From contig NC_068984.1 of assembly GCF_001194135.2 (NCBI RefSeq), forward strand, positions 76,138,620 through 76,202,619: DNA of 64,000 nt, in the 5' to 3' direction. Source of the DNA: Octopus bimaculoides (taxonomy: Eukaryota). Below the pieces are notes generated by a model. That model made no database searches. It was not told the DNA's origin and was given only the letters and a program-made list of their open reading frames with translations. A program made the translations under genes and the position numbers. Positions 1 to 9,800 of this stretch are shown one piece after another. Each line of letters opens with the position of its first letter. The stretch's first letter is position 1.

Positions 1-192
1 CTTCTAGAAACAACAGTCAAATCTTTAAATTAGGACAAACAAACATCGTGTAATATGGACATGACAGGAATGCCTTTGATTTCATGCCTGACTTGGGGGG
101 GGGGCTAATCAGCAACACTGTTGGAGAGAATGTCACGGCATTTTACTTCCCAAACGCATCGTGTGCATATGTTTGATTAAGTAAATACACAC

Positions 193-196
<4 letters not shown>

Positions 197-231
<35 letters not shown>
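197..231. repeat. (TA)n microsatellite at a gap edge
   Basis: Read directly. Confidence 0.95.
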
Positions 232-1499
232 NNNNNNNNNNNNNNNNNNNNNNNNNNNNNNNNNNNNNNNNNNNNNNNNNNNNNNNNNNNNNNNNNNNNN
301 NNNNNNNNNNNNNNNNNNNNNNNNNNGTATAGACATTTTCCTGCAAGCTTCAACCTGTTTACAGGAAAGCTTGACACAAAACACATGTGAAAGAAAAGGC
401 TTTGGACACCTTAGCTGCAGGTCAACTTCCGCCGAGAAGGTCCATGATCAAAAACATTTCAACCATGACTATCATACCTTTTTCGTTTTTTTTTTTTTTT
501 ATCAAGCGTCTAGGCCTACATTACCCAGAGTCTTTCCTTATAAAGCAGAGCATGATATGGCTATTTCTCCCGATGCTAGTTCGCAAGGGTGTCAGCCATG
601 GTATTTACCAAGCAGCCCGTCATTATTTAACAAAATATATCGATATGATAACAGAATACACAATTCTAGATTATAAGTGGTGGTGTGTATGTATATGTAT
701 ACATAACTTGAGTTGTCTAATACAAATATCAATGAAAACAGCTTCTCGCATTCAAGTAGTAGCAAATATCACAGAATTTGTGATATATGCTACTAGTATT
801 TTTACGTAAAATACTAGGGGACCCAAACTTCGCTATCCGTTCCAGTAATTTCCAGTTTGAGCGACCACACAGAGGAACTCACGACAGTTCATTGGATACC
901 TGTGTTTCTTTGCTAAAACAAAATGTATAGTTATTATTTTTAAACATACAGATACCGTTTTTCTAATTCAAGTTGGCAGACAGAAGCAAGGGGAGTAATT
1001 GATGAACCTTACCAAGGAGAGGGACAAGGAACAAATAACAGACCCTAATTTTTTTTAAATAACCACGATGACCATGTGGTCAGTAACCTCATCGCTATCT
1101 TAATCCCACAGTTGGTCACAACCACACGTGTTGTAGTTAAGGGAATAAGAATAGAAAAATACGCAAAATGATGCATTCTTCAAAGTTGGAAATATAAGAC
1201 ATCAGTTTGAATCAATATTTCAGAACACAGTCGTCGAACAGAACTTACTAAGAGAACAACTAACTTACTTATACCACAGTAGCTACTTTAACAATCTCAT
1301 AATTTACGTCAAATCAAATAGATACGGTCTCATTTTACCGGCTTTTCCTTATTGCTCGCGACTTAATTTGTTGGATTTCGTCTCTTATGACGAAGTCACA
1401 TACAGTTTAAATTTCTCTTGATATGCTTTCATTAAAAATGGGAAAAATATTTGCAAATGAATAAATTGAAATCAGCTGGAATGATTTTACACATAGACT

Positions 1500-1533
1500 C
1501 AGAAGAAGGCTAGCAGACCGAAACTTCGAGGTC
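1500..1533 (+). ncRNA. Degenerate minimal hammerhead ribozyme motif (Penelope-type)
   Basis: CAGAAGA-A-GG..CC-GAAAC-TTCGAG-GTC; the core CUGANGA carries a U>A change. Confidence 0.35.
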
Positions 1534-2724
1534 ACAGTCACTACTATTCTAGTAAATTTGTATCACCGACACCTAAATTTAACTAGAATCTCAGCGCAGT
1601 AACTATTTGGTGTTTTTTTTTTTTTAATCTAATTGTTCATATATATACCGCACGTATAATTGATTCTATACGAGTGTGGAGAAAATAATGTCAGGTTATT
1701 TTGCAAGGAAATAACAGAAAAAGAGAGGAGTAGTTTAGTGATCCTCCAGTTTAATTTTAAATTGCTTTTATTGACTCGATATAAACTAACACACACATCT
1801 ATCAATCTATATGAAAGATACCCATAATTTACATAATTAAGAGGTGGAAGGAGGAAATAAAATCTTTAAACTCACACGAGGACAAGAAAATGAAAGCAGA
1901 TCACGTAACTTCTTTAATAAACAAAAACTTCAAGTTCAAACATTGGAAATCACAAATATCAAACATTGGCAGTCTTCATATGTAAGTTATTTGTGCCTGT
2001 TTGCTTAGTGTAAGGTTGGTACATACGGACTTAGTTCATCGCCAGATGAAGGCAGTTAATATACTCAGTTAATGTAGCAGGGCAAAAATTCTAACTTCTA
2101 AATCAGTCACCGATCTATTAGACATGTAAAGAGCCACGACGTTAAAAGAAAAAACGAAAAACTATTATTAAAAAAACATTAAGTTTCAAATATTTTTAAC
2201 ATTCCACTTCTAAAGAGCAATTGCACATTTGAAGTCTATATACCGTGTATAGTACGTGTATGTTGTAAGCAAAGTTTTCGCTTCTTTCCCTTAACTATAT
2301 ACACACTTTTTTCTTTACAAACCAGACAGCTTGGATTAATAAATGACTTGATCAAAAATTAAAATAAATACATAAATAAAAGTTTGAGATATCAGATTTC
2401 AAGCCCCTCACACGGTCAAGTTATACATTTAAGACAAGCTCAATTACATATCAACCCAGTCTAAATTAGCCTCGCTAGAAAGTTTGAGCTACATACTGGC
2501 ACGAATGTTTCCCGGAGACAAAAACATCTTTGAATTTGTGTAGACAGATTAAATATCTATTAAATGTAATTATCAGGAAATAAACATTTTACAGACACAA
2601 GCCCCTCTACACTCTCTTTAACCACCACGGTACTTAACTGCCATATCTATAACATGTAAACTGAGTTACAATATTCAGAACCAGGAGGAGCTAACAGACC
2701 TCGTAACTATGCATGCAAGCACAG

Positions 2725-2894
2725 TGATATTTCGTCTGTCTTTACGTTCTGAGTTCAAATTCCATCGAGGTCGACTTTGCCTTTCATCCTTTCGGAGTCG
2801 ATAAATGAAGTACCAGTTGCGTACTGCGGGCCGATCTAATCGACTGCCCCCCCTGCCACCAAATTTCAGGCCTTGTGCTTAGAGTAGAAAAAAA
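2725..2894 (+). mobile_element. 5'-truncated young tRNA-derived SINE (family A) with a 20-bp target-site duplication
   Basis: GTTCTGAGTTCAAATTCC B-box-like core and A tail; flanked by AACTATGCATGCAAG(C/T)ACAG at 2705-2724 and 2895-2914; CpGs retained. Confidence 0.85.
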
Positions 2895-3962
2895 AACTAT
2901 GCATGCAAGTACAGACGAACACACATATACACATACAAAAAACTTAATCGGTTTTTTATTTTCTTTTTAAAGAAAAGCCAACAAAATTTTTATACCAAAT
3001 ATTTTAAAGAAATCGCATAGTAGTAGTGTACAAACATGGACATTTTCTTAAAAATAAAAAAAATGTAATAATGAATTTCAAAGGTAGCGTCAAAATACGT
3101 GAAAAAAATTTTAATCATGCGTTTTTCAACATTATTTGTGCGATTTCTTTCAAAGTAAAGAAAAAAAAAATATGTGAGCATTTTTTAAAAACTGTACTTT
3201 ATTCCACGAATGAACTTTATTAAAATAACTGTATAGTAGCAAGCAGACAGTCATACATCCGAACTGAGGAAACGGAAAAGAAATGAATGAACAAAAATCC
3301 ATGTAGGCTAAAGGAAAGGACTAAAATAAAATTTTTAAAAAATTATAGCTCAAAGTATGTATGTTGATTAGAGTATGTATGGACGTAAGTAGATTGCAGT
3401 ATGTATGTCTGTCTCTGTCGAAGTAAAAATGTTATTACTATCACAACCATTAACCTTCACTATCAAAGTGTTACTGCTATGTAAGATAGACAATACAAGT
3501 AGGAGACAGGTGATAGTAAATGAAAATAAGAGATCAAGTATGATGGCAGGGAAGAAGAGAGAACAAGCAGAACTATTAAGATAAATTATGTGAAAATAAT
3601 CGAAAAGAAACATGAATAGAAAACTAAATAAAATACGGTGACAACGATCGAAATAAATTTGTTTTAAAATAAGGTATAGGCAGATCAGGAGCAATTTTAG
3701 AGAAAAATACAATTTGATGTATTTAAAAGAACCAGGTAACAGTAACTAAGCGTGATATTTTTTATTAAATGCAACTTAAATAATTACTATACTGTATCAT
3801 CATTATTAAACCCTTATACTTTATAATGAATTATATGTAATCAAAATGTTAACAATGCCGGATTTACATTGGTTTAAAGTATATGAAGCTGTTCGTTTCG
3901 CTTATGCACAGTTCTTGTATTTTTTTCATGGATATGTTTTTGAATGATTGCAGCTTGTGTGC

Positions 3963-4003
<41 letters not shown>

Positions 4004-4007
<4 letters not shown>

Positions 4008-4230
4008 GGATCCCCTGTTGGCTACAACGCTGATTAAGTAAACTTAACCTCTCGTAAAATTAATGAGTGTGTAGCTGAGTATTAGAATGCGAGTATCTTT
4101 AATGCAATTTTCAGGTCGAATCAGTGATACAGTGGAAGGTTGGATCACTGAATAACAGGTACAATCCATTGCCCAGCACCGAACTGGAGACCTCATGATT
4201 GCAAAGCGAACTTATTAAGCACTCACCCAT
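4004..4230 (-). mobile_element. Degraded SINE-like repeat (third family)
   Basis: CCCCTGTTGGCTACAACGCTGA...AAATTAATGAGTGTGTAGCTGAGTA and a tRNA-like head remnant near 4170-4230; recognised from memory of octopus repeats. Confidence 0.4.
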
Positions 4231-4654
4231 TCTTGAGTCTTCGCACGACAGTTCTGTATATATATCGAAAGGAAGAGAACGTCTGTGTGCATATACATAA
4301 ACATACATACACGTATACAAGGATGTGGGGGTGGTTGGTTGGTTAACCCGAAGTTACAGACACATGCCCAAGATGCCACGGAATGAAATCGAACTAGAAT
4401 CATGATTGCAACGCCAGTTTCTTAAACATTCGGTCTCTCACTGCGTGACATCTTGAGCAAATATCTTTTACTATAGCACCGGGTTGGCCAAAATCCAATA
4501 GGCGAAATTTTATAAACGGAAATTGTAAAAACCCATCGGATGTATTGCATCCAACGTTATACCAGATACTGCCTGCAAATTACGTTATGGGTAGGAATTT
4601 CAATCACAACCGGTATAACTATTGCCGAAACCGACGGAGATCCATGTGTGTGTG

Positions 4655-4700
<46 letters not shown>

Positions 4701-4893
4701 AATCGATAACAAAGACACGTACAAGTACATACTTTAATATACTCAAGTACTTTTGAAGAGGAAATCTAAACAACATCTAAGAATAAACGCATACACACAC
4801 TCATATATTATATATACATGCATGTCTATATGCATGTATGTTGAAAAAAAAAATACAATTTTATATTTGGTTCCGTTTGTAGTTTTCAATGAA

Positions 4894-4906
4894 GTGACGT
4901 CACGTG
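4894..4906. promoter_or_regulatory. Intronic CRE overlapping an E-box (GTGACGTCACGTG)
   Basis: GTGACGTCAC at 4894-4903 and CACGTG at 4901-4906, in intron 1 of the minus-strand gene. Confidence 0.4.
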
Positions 4907-6173
4907 TGAATAGCATTCTGGGTATCAGACAGTGTTCAAATATGGCAGTGTACAACCACATGTGTCGAGTGATAAAAAAAAAAATCGGCGTTAAGGCATG
5001 TAATTAGTTCTGATTCGGTGATTTTTCAAATAAATTACATGCAAATCATTAACAGTACAAACATTACATACATTCAAAATTTCGTACTACTACCACCACT
5101 GTTTAGATGTAACAGTTTGTACATATAATTTCACATAACTTGATGGGGAAAAGAAACTAAAAAGAAAAAAAAGTACCGAAATTGAAAAGAACAATGAATT
5201 AAAAAATCAAAACAAAATAAAAAAGGCTTCGAAGGGATAATGGGAGGTGGGGACGAATGTGATCAGTATATGGTGAAGCATATGTCAGAAATTTTCTAAC
5301 ATTTTTCGCTTAAAATATAAGTTGTCAATCGAACTAACTTGTAAGTTAACAATAAGTTAAGGCTGTTGTCGTAAATTTTTTTCTTTAAACCTCATGAAAA
5401 TCGAAGTCCCCCCACCACCACCAACACAAAAAAAAAAACAAATATAGAGAGAGGGGGGAATGTAATTAAGCGCTAATTAAAAGGAAAAGAAAACGAAAGA
5501 TTTCAATATATGAAATAAATATGAATGCATTTCCATAAACGACCAGACATGGATTTTTCTCCCTTCAGTAATAAAATGCCTACATTATAATCACTGCCAG
5601 CTATTTTATTCACTTGTCTTTCTGTTACTCTACATAGCATCCTGTTAATGAAAATTAGCAGACACACACACATATATATATATATTCATACATACACACG
5701 AACGTCTTCATAGATATTTATATAAATACAACTCGTGTGTAACAATTTACTGCAAGTTCAAATGTATCGCCGAGAAACAGACATACACACACACCGGTTA
5801 CAATGAAGCAAGCGTGTGTGTATAGGCTTTCGTCTTACTCCCCTTCCACTACGTTACCTTTAATATTTGTTCAGTAGCCATGCTCGTGTCAGCTTGTTGC
5901 TGTTGTTGACTACTTTGTAGATTTTTTTTTTAAACCAACATACATTCATACAATCACACGTAAATATAAGATAGCAAAAAAAGTGATTATGTATTTTAAT
6001 ACATAAAATCATTTGCATTGCTCGACTTGTTTGATATTTACAAATAATCGCGGTAATGATGTGAACAACAAAATAATTCACCAATCAACAGCTGAAATCA
6101 AAACAAAAACTAACAAACAAGCAAGTCTATAAATATTATTATTATTATTATTAATGTGTTTTGTTTGTTTTAC

Positions 6174-6682
6174 CTCTCTGTTGTTGAGACTGTTGTCGAC
6201 AGTTGCTGCTGCTGATGGTCTGCTTTTTCATGTCGAGAAGACCTCCTCCTTTTACGGGGCGACTCAATAATCGGTCGCTGTTGTTTATCTTTCCTTGAAC
6301 GTAAATTCGGAATGGATGGTTGATTTAGCAATAGTCCCTTGGTCGCCGAGTTACTGTTGATATTGATATTACTACCATTAATCCGAGAACTCTTGTCAGA
6401 TTTGGTCGCTGCTTTCTGCTTCTTCTTTGCATCTTCGGCGATTGTGCGAGTAGTGGTAGCGGTGATGGAAGCATGGCACGATTTATCATCTAAGATACAA
6501 TTGAGAACAACACCATTTTTCTTACAAACGTCCACTAATTGAGAGTTAGTAGTTGATGTTGTTGTCGTCGTCGTCGTGCTGTGATTATTATGTTCTTTGC
6601 TGGACGCCTCTTCACTATCTTCCATAGCACCACTACCCTGCTCGTCAGTGCAGCAGCCGACCGTCGCCATCTTGTACACCAT
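6174..6682 (-). CDS. First coding exon (~170 aa, or ~166 aa from the second ATG at 6670) of an unidentified protein; low-complexity Thr/Ser/Asn/Gln-rich N-terminus with a basic NLS-like motif (SPRKRRRSSR); gene continues beyond the left edge
   Basis: 509-nt open frame with much higher GC/CpG content than its flanks; ends at a phase-2 donor GAG AG|GTAAAA (GT at 6173-6172), immediately followed by an in-frame stop; second ATG lies in AAGATGGCG; no exon 2 found in 1-6173. Confidence 0.8.
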
Positions 6683-6760
6683 GACGATGTGACGTCACAT
6701 AACGTGTGGCGTGGATTCCCGCAGTTTCTCACCGGAAGGGCTTTTCCAACATGGCATCCG
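6665..6760. promoter_or_regulatory. Putative bidirectional core promoter
   Basis: AAGATGGCG (YY1 consensus) on minus at 6673-6665; CRE palindrome at 6687-6700; ETS-type ACCGGAAG at 6731-6738; YY1-like CAACATGGC on plus at 6747-6755; CpG-rich context. Confidence 0.65.
6687..6700. promoter_or_regulatory. Perfect CRE (TGACGTCA) within the 14-bp palindrome ATGTGACGTCACAT
   Basis: Read directly; 5 bp from the first ATG of the minus-strand exon. Confidence 0.7.
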
Positions 6761-7054
6761 TTATACTCAAAGTCAACATTTAGTCGACTGTTGCTTCTTA
6801 ATCTACCCCCTTTTTCGCTCTATTCTTTCCTGTCTCTGTTGTCCGCATGGTAATGCATACTTCCAAATTACCGCTGGATTGCTTTTTAATGAAAATTAAA
6901 TGATTTTTTTATCTCGAGGTATTCAAAATTAAGCTTGTCAAAACTGAAGTAGCACAAAATCAGATCGAAATCCTAAATAATAATAATAAAAAGGACCACC
7001 TTTTCATCTTTCGTAAATTATTATTGTTATTAGAAAGACTAGAATCTTCTCAAG
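6740..7054 (+). other. Putative first (non-coding) exon of a divergent + strand transcript
   Basis: Near-consensus donor CAAG|GTAAGC at 7055; alternative donor ATG|GTAATG at 6850; short uORF MASVILKVNI* at 6751-6783; start coordinate is approximate. Confidence 0.45.
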
Positions 7055-7484
7055 GTAAGCGTTACATGTTATAAAAATCTACTTCCTTTTCTTCTTCTGT
7101 GTTTGTTAAACAAATTTTACTGGTCATTTTCGATATCTTTGGAAAACTTCGTAATTAATATAGTCAAAACTACATAGAATCTTGTTATGTAACATCGCTG
7201 AATTTGTTCCCCGCCCCGCACAAATGAACTAACCGTTGCATTTAACAATATATACTATTCAGTTTTATGTCTTTTTTTCGTTCCATATCTCTTTTAGTCT
7301 TTAACGTGTGTTCCCTCTTAACACGCTTCTATATATATTTACAAACATATTTTTTCCATTTATTCATACAATGCATACCTGTTTAAATTTTATTTTTTTC
7401 TCGTATACATTTATGTTGCCGATTTTCATCCTTCTGTATACCGTACTAATTTTCCATTGAGCTCAGTTATTGCACCTTCCCTAA

Positions 7485-7603
7485 GTTATGGCCATATCAT
7501 GCTGAAAAAACCAGTTCTCGTCCGATCACCGAAGTTAGGCAACGTCAACTGTCGATCGTATCTAGATGGGTGACCTCTTGGGAAACTTGCGTAAGCATCT
7601 TTT
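7485..7603 (+). pseudogene. 5S rRNA-derived copy (diverged, small 3' deletion) with a T4 terminator
   Basis: GGCCATATCATGCTGAAAAAACCAGTTCTCGTCCGATCACCGAAGTTAGGCAACGTC...AGATGGGTGACCTCTTGGGAA matches animal 5S rRNA, including box A and box C; the 3' CGTAAGC can pair with the 5' GTTATG; TTTT at 7600-7603; single copy, not a tandem array. Confidence 0.85.
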
Positions 7604-7765
7604 CGGCGCAGATGTGAGTTTGTGCTTGAGGAGTTCACTTCATAACTACGTGATTTTTGGTTCAATCCCATAGCATAACACTTCCAGCAGCTATCTTATA
7701 CCACCGTCTCGGTTCGACCAAAGCTTTTTAAACCAATGTGAAATTTGGTAGACGAAAACTGTCGG
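7604..7765 (+). mobile_element. Degraded 5' part of a tRNA-derived SINE (family B), directly abutting the 5S copy
   Basis: GGCGCAG...GGTTCAATCCCA...GACCAAAGC...TTGGTAGACGAAAACTG is colinear with the family B copies at 15422-15755, 40997-41252 and 58050-58536. Confidence 0.6.
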
Positions 7766-8519
7766 CGGAATCGGCCCTGTTTTGTGGTGATTGATTTAAT
7801 TCATCAGCTGGCTTAGTATCATCACCTGTCCCATATGTACCTTTAGCAGAGTTTACTCTCACAAACATTCGGACCAAGTCTCCGCTCCGACGATGACTCG
7901 TGTCCAAGAATTTCGGAGACCCTGTGATGGGTCATGGACGCTGCCCTTCTAACCGAGCCATTTTTGTATCAGTATATCCTGGAGTCTTCTTTGACGTTTT
8001 ATTTCTTTCACACGGACCTGTGTTTGTGAGATGGAGGACGCTGCTCTGTGAAGGTCTATGACAAATCTTTTCGTGGTCCCCAGAAAAATCCTGTACCACA
8101 CATCAGAGTAGAAGTTAAACGTTAAGGTTTGTCAAGATGTATATATTCGTGAATTTGCTTAGTTTAATAGTTTTCAATTGTGTTTCATAATTTAATGTTT
8201 GATTGAATTTATTCTGTTTAACTATTAATTGTATTTCATTGATTTTAAACACTTGTGGTTCAGAAAATATTCAGTACATCAGTGACGCACAAGAAACTAT
8301 TTGAGAACCCCGGACAGATTTTTGTCAACTTTAACCTTTAATGAGTTGTAGAGCATTCTCAGTCAAAATATTCCGTTTAAGCGATGTGTGTCAGAGAAAT
8401 GAATGTCTTTTTTTTCTTTCTTTCTTTGTACGTTGATTCATGTTAAACTAGTTCTCTAGATCATGTTCATTAATGAACCTTTCTATATCGGACTCGACAC
8501 TTTTGCCGAGTGGAGCACC

Positions 8520-9800
8520 AGACCATGTGCGCTTTAAAACTATTTTATTTCATGCCTAATTGCTCTCAATATACGACAAACGAATTTGTAAATATACTAA
8601 TGTTCTCAGTTACTATCACATTATTCTAAATTTGTACTTATTTTTAAAGGTGAATGTAGACTTTTGATGATTCCAGGTGTTTTCCCCTACCCATCATATT
8701 CACCCTAAGTATCTGAGGTGAATAAAGTTGTTACATAAATCCTTTTCATTGCACCTATTTATCGTTATGCACATTTCCATCATATATATATATATACACA
8801 CACACACACACTCTTACACGTCTGTATCTTAGGGTAAATGGTTTTATTTTGGTCTTGTTTTTTCTCTCATCGTCTCTAAATACTCAACTTTTTTCTAACC
8901 ATATAGTTGTTTAATAATTCTTCTTTGTACCAATTCACTTTTTCCTATACGTTTTTCGTTGTACGGTCACTAGATCGGACGTATATAATTTTAAAGAGAA
9001 TCTTACCATACATTTGTTAAGTCGTATATATATTCTTGCCTTTTATTATTCTAATATGGTCTTCAAATTTCAATTTTTTTTTGTATCTTATGTAATTCCC
9101 AAACCTTTTTCTTTATTCACTTTAAGAATGAAAGTTTCATAGCACTTTTTCTTGTTGATTTTTTCTAACGAAGGCGTTCGTTTGCATTTGTCTCGATGGA
9201 AAAGTTACTAGTTAGGTATTACTCTAATCTTCCATTTTCCTGTCATTTTGAAGTCTTGCATAGTGTGTGTGATGTGGAAAACGTTGACATTATCCACAAA
9301 AAGGTATAGGTTTGTAGTTACCTTTCCTTGTAAGTCGTTGATATAAGTTACAGAAAAGGAGTAGTTTGAATAGTGAGTCTTGAGGTATTCCCAAGTCTCG
9401 ATATCACATTATGCTGTGTTGATTTACTCTATTATACTCACTTGTTTTCTGCTACTGAGAAAGTTATTAAATCTACTTTAATATCTGAATAAACAATTCT
9501 CAATTTGTAAAAGAAAAATTGTTTTTCATAGAATCTAGTGTTTCTTTACCAAGTCTCCTCTTCAGAATCTCAGTTATGAATTTTGCGCTTTACTCTGACC
9601 TTACCCTTTTCATATATAGTACTAACCTTGCTTTTTTTCTACAGCTCTGGTAATTGTGATCACTCTAGGAATTTTTGGTACAGTATTGTTCGGTGCTTTG
9701 TACTACCTTCAGTTATTTCCTTCAGAATTCTAGGATGTATACCACCCTTGATGATCTGTCTAAATATATCCCATGCTGACATAGAATGGATAAGTTGCTA
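8520..9800 (-). mobile_element. Decayed CR1/L2-clade LINE ORF2 (reverse transcriptase) fragment
   Basis: Minus-strand translation across stops and frameshifts gives GCIHPRILKEIT..ILYQKFLE*SQLPEL*KKSKVSTIYEKG, GIPQDS..TYINDLQ..LYLFVDN (degenerate FADD), LFHRDKCK, EKGLGIT*D, VQRRIIKQLYG and INSFKAH, in CR1 RT order. Confidence 0.85.

Noticed and set aside
371-809. Overlapping + strand ORFs near the left edge as exon 2 candidates
   Set aside because: Wrong strand for the minus-strand gene; the sequence is a copy of the ancient interspersed repeat plus poly-T
3368-3712. 114-aa hydrophobic minus-strand ORF
   Set aside because: TTG start, AT-rich composition bias, no splice sites or recognisable motif
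7485-7603. Functional 5S rRNA gene
   Set aside because: Solitary copy, substitutions around helix IV/V and a 3' deletion; treated as a pseudogene
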